From Macrostomum lignano (taxonomy: Eukaryota): a DNA stretch of 64,000 nt. The first letter of the stretch is position 1. Each line of letters starts with the position of its first letter. The translations under genes and the position numbers were made by a program. This document shows positions 26,480 to 37,743 of this stretch, in pieces. The notes below the pieces were generated by a model. That model was not told the origin of the DNA, did not search any database, and saw nothing but the letters and a program-made list of their open reading frames with translations. The DNA lies in the NCBI GenBank assembly GCA_002269645.1, contig NIVC01000024.1, positions 62,001 through 126,000 on the forward strand. The letters run 5' to 3'.

Positions 26480-28650
26480 CCCCATTTGTTGCCCCTTTTG
26501 CTAGTTCCATGCTCCCTGCCCTTGGCCCCTTCTGTTGGTCTTTTTTGGACCTCGTTTGGCCTTTTGTTTTTCTAGTTGGAACCTATTGGCCCTATTTTTC
26601 CACCGTTTGCCCTATCGCCTGCCCCACTGGTTGCCCTATCGCTTGCCCAGTTTCCCCATCCCCTGCCCCACATGTTGCATACCAATATTTAAAGCATTCA
26701 ATGTATGCAACATTAATTCATGCATTTTTCCATGCATTTAGCATGAATTTTTCCATGCTTCATTTTTTTCTATTAATCCACTTGTTTGGATAGTTTTCCC
26801 TTTAATTTAGCTTTCGTTTGTTACACCCCCAGTACTACTGAATCATCATTATTGTAATAATAAAATCTCGTCAGTTTGCTTCTATAATTAGACTGAACTA
26901 ACTATTTATTCTGTCAATAAACACTTGAACAATAATTCCTTTACTTTCATTAGTTAACCGAAGCCAAATAGCTTATCTTGAGTTATTTGCACATGGGGCA
27001 TTAAACAACCAAAATAGTCTCAACTCCGAACAAGCTCTGAGATATCAACATTCCATAATACGACAAAATTATAGTGGTGGCAGCTCTACCCTACTGACAG
27101 TAATCAGTCAAGCAATTAAACATATATCAACCTAAGGTGTCAGGACCTCTGTGTTGACCATCTGAATGACCATGCCTATTAAAGACCACACGACTACAAC
27201 AACAACTACCCTCCCCTTGGAATGGAGGACCCTAGCAGATGGAGTATCTGAGGAGACAATCAACACAAATTAATCCATACAACTTTCCGGCTTTATGGGT
27301 ACATGATAACGAAGGCAGAAATTCAAAAGTGTAGATCCACCCATTTTCTAGTATCAGCTAACAACAGACTGACTTTCAAATTCAAACCCCAAACAATCAA
27401 ATCAACTAAAAAAAATTCTTGTCTCTGCCCCCACCTCATAGGCCCTAACTCTAGTAGAAATTGTTTCTATATAAAAAATCTTTCTTTCATTAAAAAGCAA
27501 AATCTTTTTTTAAAAAGCCAAGTTTAATAGATTATAGAATTTATAGTATATATTTTATTAGTTATTCTCAACTAAAGTTAAAAAACATGCATTGTTTTCA
27601 TTCAAAAGATAAGCAACCTTCTCTTACTCAATTCTTTTTTAAACTTTGTTAAGCAAGTGTGATAGGGCAATCTACCACTGTCTGAGTAAGATTTTGTCAG
27701 GTGGTGAAATTTTGCTATGACTCCTTTTGTCACCCAGTGTGCCGCCCCTTACCCTATCCCTTGCCCCATCTTTTGACGAAGTCGTTTTTTTGTTATTTCC
27801 CATTTACGTTTCAGTGTCATCCATTGCCCCATCATTTGCCCTATCCTCTGCCCCATCCCCTGCCTTGCCACCCCATCTGTTGCCCCATCCCTGTCCGGAC
27901 GACACTTTCACTATTTATAAGGCCAATTTGGGTGGCCAGTAGTTTAATTCCTTTTGTCTCCTCTCCCCTTTTTGTTCCATGTCTTTTCTTTCCGTGTCTT
28001 TTCATTCTGTTTCTTTTCTTTTCCTTTGTTGGCTTTTATTTTCTTTTGGTTTTAGTTTTAGTTGATTGGCACCCAGCATCTGCCGCAATCATCTTCATTT
28101 AATAATATACCTATTTAAACATTTAATACTGCCTGCTAATAGGCCTAATAATAATAATAATTGACAATCATAACAGTTCATTAGTCAATCAAAGCCGTTT
28201 AATAGCTTATCTTGAGTCATTTGCCCGTAGGGCATTAAACAACCAAATTAATCTCATCTCCAAACAAGCTCTGAGATCTTAATGTTCTGTAATATGCAAT
28301 TATAGTAGTAGCAGCGCTACTCTACTGAAAGTAATCAGTTCAACAACTCAGAAAACAGATTTACGGTGTCTAGACCATTGAGTCTAAAGTCTGAACAACT
28401 GTGCCACTAACAACTGCTTGACTACGATTACAACTACCTTCCCCCCGGACTTGAGAACCTGGCTATTGGAGTAAAGCAGGAAGAAATAATTCATTGTGAT
28501 TCATCTGCGCAATTTCTAGCTTTAGGCCTAATCGTGCGAGCGCAACGCTGGCGGAAATTCAAACGTGGCATCCGCCCCACCTTACTGGTGTCAACAAATT
28601 TTCAAAACACCCTATTCCAAGAAGAAAACTTCCTCCACCCCCACCTCATA
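26480..28650 (+). repeat. Diverged direct duplication (about 26480-27480 and 27720-28650)
   Basis: Both copies have TTGCCCCAT repeats followed by AATAGCTTATCTTGAGT...GGCATTAAACAACCAAA...AACAAGCTCTGAGAT...CTACTGA.AGTAATCAGT. Confidence 0.8.
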
Positions 28651-30078
28651 AGCAAACAAATTTTAATTGATTAAAAATAGAATAGGGGCTTAAAATACAA
28701 AAAATGACACTAATCATAAGAAAATTCAGAAAGAAATAAAAAGTTATAGTCTTTTAAATTGTTTTTTTTTTCATTTTTTTCATAAAAAAGGTCACAAGGC
28801 CACAAGCCTTTTAAGTTTAATGGCAAATTTGTACTACAAAACTAACAAAATTAAGCCTAATATGCAAAAAGTTGCATAACTTTTTAAATTCTAGGCCAAA
28901 TGTTAAAAGTGAGGTGTCTTTTTACTTATAATCAAGCTCTATTATATTTTATCAAGAGATATTGAATTATTTAACCTTCAAAATCGCATTGGAGTCCATA
29001 GTTTACAGTACAGGTACTTAGTCTTAGGTACAAGAGTAAAAAATGTAAAAAAGTATCAGATGCGTCGGCGACAGTTATACAGGTTGGTTGACACTATCAA
29101 ATGCTTTTCATAATTAACGAAACCTATGTGTGTATGTATAGGTTTTTAGTTACCGGCCACGTTACTTAAGGTGAATGTACTAGCACGGAGTACGTATTTT
29201 TATGCAATTTAAAGTTAAGATGCCAATTCCGCGAAAATCTGTTCGAGTTGAAACAAAACTTTACTTGGCTTTTAAGCTCTAATTAGCTAATTGCCTAAGG
29301 TTTGAGCCTTTAATATAAATAACTTTAGCTTTCACTCAGAGAAAGTATAAACTATTACCTACACAAAGAGGTACCGTTGGGATTACGATAATGCTTTTTT
29401 AAATGGATAAGAACAAGAATTATTAAATAAGTTAGGCCTGCTGCCTACTTGAAAGTTGAAAGCACACAGAAAATTTAAGCGTTTTCTACTGGTTTAAATT
29501 GTTTTTTTGTGTTGCCAAAAAACTTGATTGCGCAAATGGTCACTAAATCAAATCCAAATCGCCACGAATGGACGCTGCCAATATCAATAATCAATATGCA
29601 AGTCCACATTCAATCTTCAATTATAACTTAGCGGCTAGCGCCAGCAATTGGACCTAGCCTAGCCAAGCCATAGCACCCTAGGCTTACCAGGTGGCCAGGC
29701 GCATAGCTGCACAGCCACAGGATCACAGAAACAATTTTTTTGTTAATCGAACTTCATTCAGTTTTTTGTTACTCCTTGGACCTTGAGTAGTTAGAAATTA
29801 GAAGTAAGGGCTAGGGCCTTGGGCCTAGGCTTTTCTATGACTTGAACTTTTTACTATACTAGGCCTATAGTCAGTTGTTATTTTATTTAGGCCTATAATC
29901 AATATCATTATCAATTGGCCTACCATGGGTGGCCAATTTAGAGGTCGGACGGGATTGAAATCTTCGGGCGGGATCAGGATCGGGAATAATTTTTTTCTCG
30001 GGATTGGGATCAGATCTTTTAGTGTATTGTCCATGTAAAGTTAAACAAAATTGAGAAAAGATTGTCAAGATCAAGAAG

Positions 30079-30376
30079 CATACATGCGCAACAGTCGGCC
30101 GAGTCGGCCGATCCGGCCGACCGACTTGGCGGCCAACCAAGGAAGTCGCAAAAATGCCCACCCGAAAAAATAATCAAGTAGTAGTACTAAGTAGCTGACG
30201 AGGCATTTTGGCTTAATAAGACAGTCATAGTTACTCCTGCCGTTTACCCAAAGTTGCGTTAATTTTGCTTTAGGGTTTTTTTACATGTAAGTCGCATTTT
30301 TGGCCAAAAACTACGTTGCATTTTTGTTAAAACTAAGTCGCATGGCCGACCGAATTTCAGAGGTTGCGCATGTATG
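30079..30376. mobile_element. MITE, 14-bp TIR CATACATGCGCAAC, 8-bp TSD (copy 1)
   Basis: Perfect TIR. TSD TCAAGAAG at 30071-30078 and 30377-30384. Homologous to 35902-36167. Confidence 0.9.
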
Positions 30377-30552
30377 TCAAGAAGTAAAACACAACAAAAT
30401 TGACATGAAGTTTTGTAACCAACAAAGTAAATAATGTAATAAGTATAAGTTAAAGCAAAATACCTTTAAGTAATCACTAATTCTATAAATTATTAATTGA
30501 AAGACCTGTTCCTGAATCTTAAGTTTTTTAGGGTCGAGATTCTAGTCCCACG

Positions 30553-31012
30553 CCATAGTCGGGAAGGTGGCACAGTATGCGCCGGAACTATTTTGATGGC
30601 TTTTGAGCACTGTGCGCCGTGCGCCATGAAGAAAAGATTTTGTGCGCCGCAGCGCGCCATGATAAGGTAAGTCTAAGGTAAGGTAAGGTAAGGTAAGGTA
30701 TTTATTCTACCGTAAGGAATTTACGGTAGACAAATTTGAATTTCATTTACGTATTTTATATCGTGATTTACGTAAATTACGTAATTTACATAATTTACAT
30801 AATTTTATTTTACGAATTATGGAATTAGGCCTGACACTATATATTTTGCAAAGTATAACGAAGTGTAACTATATATTTTTTTCAGCGCCATGCGCCGTGT
30901 GCCGCCAAAGCATTTCCAATTTTTCCTTGTACGCCATGTGCGCCGTGTGTGCCAAAAAAGGGCCAATTTGCGTCGGAAAATTCACCAAAAACTGCCACCT
31001 TCCCAGCTATGG
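30553..31012. mobile_element. MITE, TIR CCATAGTCGGGAAGGTGGCA, 8-bp TSD, TGCGCC-rich subterminal regions
   Basis: TIR matches 18/20. Perfect TSD GTCCCACG at 30545-30552 and 31013-31020. Confidence 0.88.
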
Positions 31013-31299
31013 GTCCCACGGGAATTCAATTTTCCTTGGGATCCCGAGATTTCAGGATCGGGATCGGGATCCCATCCGACCTCTAGTGGCCATTGCAATC
31101 TGCAAATATAGCAACATTATATAGTATGTTAGGCCCTAACCCTAATGTTGTCTTGTTATAACTAGGCCTAGTGATTGTCAAGTCAAATTAACAATAATAA
31201 AGTATTAGGCCTAGGCCCTATGCCTAAATAATAAATAGGGGCCTATGATAAATTTCTTTAAATATTCCTAAAGGTAATCTATTGTAATTATTTTAAAAT

Positions 31300-31790
31300 G
31301 AATTGAATAACATAAGTATCAAACATAAAAGTAAATTATCATGTCAAACATAAAAAACATCATGTCAAACATAAAAAAGGCATTATGTCAAACATAGGCC
31401 TAAAAAAGGCATCATGTCCTGATGTCCAACATAAAAGTGGCACTATATAAAACATAAAAGAGTCACCTTGAAAAACAAAAAAGCACTTTGTCAATCTAAA
31501 AGAAGCATCATATAAAACATAAAAAGCATCCCAAAACATAAAATAAGGCCTAAGCTTTATACCAAAGATATGGGATATATGGTAATATATAGATGTATAG
31601 TATGGAGATGGTATAATAATAGTAATGTCAAACATAAAAAAACATCATAGGCCTATCAAACATAAATAATCAAGTCACCATGTCCATATGAAATATAAAA
31701 AAGTGCTATGTAAAACATAGGCCTAAAAGAAATATAAAACATAAAAGAAGCATCATGCAAAACATAAAAAAGCAGCATGCCAATATGCTT
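31300..31790. repeat. Degenerate A-rich repeat (AAACATAAAAAAGCATCATGTC-like)
   Basis: Recurrent AAACATAAAA motif at roughly 20-25 bp spacing. Confidence 0.7.
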
Positions 31791-31911
31791 CATATCTTTT
31801 AAGTATATGAATTATAAGTACCAAAATTCATTTTATGAATTTAATGAGGGCTAGCTAGAGGGTATAAATAGACTGATTATAGTATTAAATAAGATAGATT
31901 ATTGCATTAGC

Positions 31912-32500
31912 CCACACTCAGGAAGGTGTCACGTGTGCGCGGGAATATATTTTAGCGTATTTTTGGAGTGTGCGCTGTGAAGCTAAAATATGAATTTTTG
32001 CGCCGAGGTCTACATTCGTTTATTGACAAATATATAGCTAGAGTACTAATGCGCCGTAGCACTACAAACTCGGTAAAAGTCCAATTAAAACAAAACTAAA
32101 AAAACAGATAAAATTTCGTACACTATGTAGGTTTTTTTAACTCAAAACTTTTGCTTTATTTTAGCTTACATAAAGAAGCATCAAAAGAAATAGCTCTAAC
32201 TTTACGTTAAAATCTAATTTTGAATTTTATTATTCATTTTACTTACCAAGAAACAATTTTTTTATTGATATGCTTGGAAAAAACGTAATCTTAAAGCATA
32301 TTTTACCAATGCATATGCAGATTATACATTTAGGTGACTCAATGAGAGCTAAATTTTTCTGATCAGGTTTTGCTGTGCGCCACTGTGCGCTAAAAACTTC
32401 TGCTAAGCCTTTGTTGTGCGCCGTGTTCGCCACTTCGTGCATATTTTTCGTTGATGTGCGCCAGAATTTTCCACCATAATGTACACTTTCCTGAGTGTGG
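31912..32500. mobile_element. MITE, TIR CCACACTCAGGAAGGTGT, 8-bp TSD (related to 30553-31012)
   Basis: TIR matches 17/18. Perfect TSD GCATTAGC at 31904-31911 and 32501-32508. Internal TGCGCC motifs. Confidence 0.85.
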
Positions 32501-32526
32501 GCATTAGCTAATTATGTGATTATTTC

Positions 32527-33700
32527 GGATCCTAGTCATTTCGTCAATTGCCATTTTGTCAACTGGAGACATCATCAAGACATCAACCCATTTCCATATT
32601 GGTCATTTTGTCAACCAACCAATAGGCTAAAATACTTTCAAAGCTTGGGTATTTCGTCAACTGTTCAATGGGACAATGTCAACTTTTGTGGCCAAGTGGG
32701 GAATGTGGCCAAGGTGCAAACACTGGAGCAGGTGCAAGAGTGGGTAGCACTCTCTCGGCCCACTGCTTGAGTCTCCAGTGCTAGCCTTTGACTTCATTGT
32801 TGGTATGTATTGACTGGCAATACACACTGACTTCGTGGACTGTACACCGGGTTTGACAGCTAGATTGTGCTCACGTACTTGGCTAAGTCTAGTAGTAGCG
32901 GTGCGTGCACACCAGCAATGATCTAATATAATGAGATATAATAAGCCATATCTTTTTAAATAAACCAGAAACCACCTACAATTGTTGGGGGGGTGGGTGC
33001 AAAGATGAATTGAGAGAACAGGTGTCAGTGTAAGGGGCCCTGGTTCAAGTTACAGAGACAGGGCACGTTGTCAGTTTGGGGGGTAGGTACAAAGATGGAT
33101 TGAAAGGAATCAGTTTAGAGTAGACAAGCTTCGGCATTTGCCAGAGTTAATTAAGAATTGGGCTCTTACCATGTGTAGCTAAAAGCATAGCTATATAGGA
33201 GCCATTTATATACCTGACCATCTCTCAGTCTCTTTTTTTCTGTCTCTCTATATTTCTGTTGGTATGAAAAATGAATGAGGTGTCAGGAAGGAAGGAAGGT
33301 AGTGGTTCTTTTTGTGGTGAATTCAGAAGTAGGCTAGTTGAAGAAGAAGATAGAAAGCGTGAAAGATTCTTCCCTTTGTAGTGGTATGCTTGCTGTGTAT
33401 GTATAAAAATTAATAGAGAATGTTCTGGAAAATTGGGAAGTTTCTGGAATAGTACCCAATAATAACAAAGGTAATAAGCAGATATGGCATGCATTGGTTG
33501 ATGTATGTGTTATGACATTTGCAAACTGTAGCTAACCAGTTGACGAAGTAACTAATATTCTCAGGTCATTTCGTCAACTGACTAATGAACCTATCTAAAA
33601 CCTTAGTCATTTTGTCAACTGCAAGTAAGACCACCTTAAAATGTTGATCAATTTGTCAACCAAGTTGACGAACTGGCAGTTGACGAAATGACTAGCACCC
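32527..33700. mobile_element. Non-autonomous DNA element with GG..CTAGTCATTTCGTCAA TIRs (MULE/hAT-like)
   Basis: Imperfect TIR of about 37 bp with repeated CATTT(T/C)GTCAA motifs. TSD ATTATTTC at 32519-32526 and 33701-33708. A truncated relative lies at about 25870-26250. Confidence 0.8.
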
Positions 33701-34217
33701 ATTATTTCAACATATGAAAAGGATTTATTACTTTAGCTTAAAAAGAGATTGTTCCAAAAAAGATTATTGCATTAGATGAAAAAATAATTGTTGCACTAGC
33801 TTAAAAATAGATCATGGCATTAGTTTAGTCTTAGAAAGGGATTATTGCACTATCTAGGAAAGTGATCATTGCATTAGCTAAGGAAATAGTTATACTAGCT
33901 ACTTTATATCTAGTGGATATTTGCTATTTAGGGATGCTTGCTATTTGGAAGATGCTTGCTATCTGGGATATGCTAATGCTTGCTATCTGGGAGATAAGCC
34001 TACTTGCTATCTAGGGGATGCTAATCTTTGCTATCTAAGGGATACTTGCTATCTGGGTCTTATTGACCAAGCCTACTCATGAAACCTATAGCAATTGTGC
34101 ATTGCCACATGTGGTTATGCATGTCTATTTTTAGAAAAATGAGCATGGTTAAGTGTAAAGAAAATGATCTGCTTACCATATACATACAAATGCTGTATCT
34201 TTTTTACCATAGATATA

Positions 34218-35524
34218 CAGGGTGCGCGGAAAGTAACTCCCTATTTTGATTAATAAAACAATGTACATTATATTTATTTATTCTCAAAAAAATTAATCAT
34301 AAAAGGTAGGCATAAATGGTAAGTTATCTCTAAAATTCAATATGTGTCCCAGATCTTTCCACCAGCAAACGTTCAGGAATGGTATCCACTGACTTTCTCA
34401 GAAACTCCGCTGGGATAGTGGACATGACTCCCCTTATTCGATCCTCCAGTTCTTTGAGTGTCGTTGGTTTGGAGCGGTAGACTTCTTCCTTTACCCAGCC
34501 CCAAAGAAAAAAGTTGCAGGGTGTCAAATCCGGGCTCCTGGATGGCCATTCATGTGGACCACGATGTCCCAACCAACGCCCCAGAAAGCGAGCATCCAGC
34601 CATTCGTGGACAACAAGAGCAAAGTATGGCGAGGCGCCATCTTGCATAAATATCAACTCATCTATGTTCTCCCATGTGCTGACAATTGGCCAGACTCTAT
34701 CATGCAACATATCAAGGTATCATTCAGCATTCATGGTGTTGCACAGAAGAAATGGGCCCACAACCTGATCTGAGATAATACCACACCACACCATTACTTT
34801 GGGTCGATTTTGCTATTTTTCAACTGTCATCATAGGATCCTATCCTGCCCAGTAGTGGCAGTTGTGATGGTTGACAAAGCCTCCATGAAACACAGCCTCA
34901 TCAGTCCAGAGGATGTTGCGGAAGAGATGGGGCCACTCTTCATGCCAAGCCAGCATGATTTCTCCAAACTCCATGCAAATGTCACAGTCTTCATCCGAGA
35001 GAGATTGGCAGTAGTGCGGCTTCTACGCACGCCAGTTCAACTCTTTCTTGAGCACAGTTTGCACTGTGTAGCGGGTGAGTCCACTTTCCCGAGCTGCCTG
35101 GCAAGTTGATTTTCCTGGATTATGCTGAAACATTGCTTGGACTATGTGCACTGTCTCCTGGGTTGTGCATGTCGAAGGGCGTCCACTTCTGCGAACATCT
35201 TCCACAGATCCTGTGGTCATGGGCTTCACATGACAGTTTCTTATTGTTTTTGGATCCACTTTGGCACATGGTCCATGAATAGTCTGCCACCATCATTGAA
35301 CTCGTACGACAGATTGCCAAACTTCATATTGTGACGCCAACTGGGCACGCTCCTGAAGTGTTAACTGCTAAGCCATGTTACAGTTTTATCTGAAATCAAA
35401 AACAAAACTATCAATAAAATTGTACCATTTGAGAGAATTAATCATAAAAATATGACAAAGCAGTAACAAATTATGTACAATTTATAAGTAATTTAAAATA
35501 GGGAGTTACTTTCCGCCTACCCTG
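34218..35524 (-). mobile_element. Tc1/mariner transposon, DD41D (rosa-type) family, defective
   Basis: 30-bp TIRs CAGGGTGCGCGGAAAGTAACTCCCTATTTT (28/30 match), TA on the left and TG on the right, 1307 bp in total. Confidence 0.92.
34330..35376 (-). pseudogene. Disrupted DD41D transposase
   Basis: N-terminal HTH-like region LTLQERAQLASQYEVWQSVVRVQ with in-frame stops, GSVEDVRRSGRP, WTDEAVFH, FMQDGA and WPSRSPDLTPCNFFLWG. There are 41 residues between the second D and the third catalytic position, which is now N. Confidence 0.88.
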
Positions 35525-35901
35525 TGTTCAATTGATAGAGCCTAGAGTTCATTAAAAGACTTAAAAACTTGAAAAAGTCAGTCTTAGTAAGGGTTATACA
35601 AATCATTGCATCTATGTGACTCACATCACTGATCTAAGCAATGTAGGTCACAGTATCACTGATATCATGAAGATCATTGGCCAATAGATGGAGTCAACCA
35701 TGTGGAAATACTTTCTAGATAGTGTGACAGCGCCATTTAGAGCATGGCAACTTCTGTGGCTATTACTCTTGACCTGCAAGCTGCAAACATCAGTATGGAT
35801 ACCAGTGTTTCCACCTCAAACAAGAGCATCATTAGCCATGAAATGGCAACTGTGCATGAAAACACCAATTTGTCACTGTTTTCCAATTGCCACTTCAAGA
35901 A

Positions 35902-36167
35902 CATACATGCACAACAGTCGGCCGACCGATTAGGTGGCCAACCAAGGAAGTAGCAAAAATGCCCACCCAAAAACACCAAGTAGTAGTACTAAGTAGCTGA
36001 CGAGGCATTTTGGCTTTATAAGACAGTCAGTTATTCCTGCCGTTTACCCAAAGTTGCATTGATTGTGTTTTTTACATGTAAGTCGCATTTTTGGCTAAAA
36101 ACTACGTTGCATTTTTGTTAAAACTAAGTCGCATGGCCAACCAAATTTTGGAGGTTGCGCATGTATG
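35902..36167. mobile_element. MITE, TIR CATACATGC(A/G)CAAC, 8-bp TSD (copy 2)
   Basis: Perfect TSD TTCAAGAA at 35894-35901 and 36168-36175. Body homologous to 30079-30376. Confidence 0.9.
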
Positions 36168-36826
36168 TTCAAGAACTGCACTATCAATTTCAATAAGTAA
36201 AAGTGAAAGAAGCCTAAAGTGGAAAAACTGTGCATACCACTAACAGTAAATCTAATTAAATGATATTCTTCATTTCAATTTTCAATCTCCTAAACACACA
36301 GTTTGCCTCGTTTGTGTTTTACTTGGATTTGTTGCACTGAAGTTAAAGAGCACTGAAATAAATATATTAGACTATTAGTCTATGGTCAAAGCATATTGAA
36401 CATGTGACAATCAGAAGCATTGTCAGTAGGCTTTGTCTATGTGACAATGGGTTGTTTTACAAAATTGCTAACTCAGCATCAAGTTTAAACAAAAAATAAA
36501 AAGAAATAGGTAAAGAAATAAGTACTATATAGAAACAAAAATAGAAAAGGCAAAGACAAATAGAATTAAAAATGAAAAAGTTGCAAAGTTGCAAATAAGT
36601 ATATTAACTTTTCAATCAAAACTTAGTTATAATATAGCTAGTATCATTATAAAAATGATATATTTATAGTAACAAAAAGGTTAGAATTCTAACTTTTGAA
36701 TAATATTGTTTATATAAATACTTTGTAATTGATAATAAGCTTATTATAAAAATAGTTTAAAAATTAGATATTTATATAAAGACTAGGTTGGCAAAGTTAG
36801 TTTTTACCCTATTCAAGGTTCGGATT

Positions 36827-37110
36827 ATAGCCTAGTGTTTAGAGTGTTAGACTTATAATTTGAAAGTGGGGGGGGGTTCAATTCCTAATTTCAATTGGAA
36901 AAATTTGTGTCTTTAAGCAAGACACTTAACTCTGCATTGCTTCAGGTTACCCAGTAACCTAGCTATAAAATGGGTGCTGGCATTAGCTGAGTTATTTGAG
37001 GGTGTATATGGTAACCCCTAGTCCTTAGACTGAATAGCTATATGCAGCCTTTAGATGCACTATATAATAACTGCAGCTGAGTTGTTGGTTGTATATCTGG
37101 CCCAATTTGG
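36827..37110 (+). mobile_element. SINE family A, AT-decayed copy
   Basis: TAGCCTAGTG head, GGTTCAATTCC, AAGCAAGACACTTAACTCTGCATTGCTTC core. Confidence 0.7.
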
Positions 37111-37743
37111 GTAGGTGTAATCAATTATTATTATTATCAATTTTCAATTAAAGTATATTGTCATCATGATATCTTTACAAAAATTATCATCTAATTGGCA
37201 CTAAATTAGGCAAAACCATAGTATAATATCAACCATTGATCATAGAAAAGCATATATATATAATTAGGCCTAAGGAGATTTTAGAGAAGTTAGGCTTTAG
37301 ACTTTAGTCTTTAATACTACTTTGAAATGTAAAAATAAAAAAATTATGTTCAAAAGGTATCTTCCTAAGTTCAATTAAAAAGGATTAGCTACCTTTTAAT
37401 TTCTAATGGTAGGAATTTTATTATTACAAAATAGTAAAGTATCAAAACTACTAAAGTATCAAAATAGACTGACATTATCTAATAGCTCAAGCTCTAGTTG
37501 GCTACACTGTATTAGATGTCATTATAATGCTTTTGTTAATATTGACTGTTGTTGTAAGAAACACACTGAATAATCTAAGAGTTAAATGTACTTTTAAAAC
37601 TTCATTTGTGCCAAGGACATTTCATTAGTTTGATTATTTTCAATAATCATCCAAAACTCTTCATGGCATCCAGACAGTAGTGAAATCCAGCACTTGTCTA
37701 GTTTATAAAACCAATACACATAATACAAACAATATAGAAGAAA

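Larger units (their letters stand above)
29939..31085. mobile_element. hAT-like non-autonomous element hosting two nested MITEs
   Basis: TIRs TAGAGGTCGGACGGGAT / ATCCCATCCGACCTCTA with subterminal GGGATC repeats. Flanks GTGGCCAATT and GTGGCCATTG are a degenerate TSD. Confidence 0.6.
24740..34170. mobile_element. Foldback-like element with long, internally repetitive inverted arms (about 24740-25850 and 33720-34170)
   Basis: Left-arm CAGATAGCAAGCATCC and AGTGCAATAATC repeat blocks recur in reverse complement and mirror order on the right (GGATGCTTGCTATCTG, GATTATTGCAC). Unique junction CCACTAGA..AAGTAGCTAGT and outer TTTTTCTAAAA..ATAGACA are also mirrored. Termini not resolved. Confidence 0.6.
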
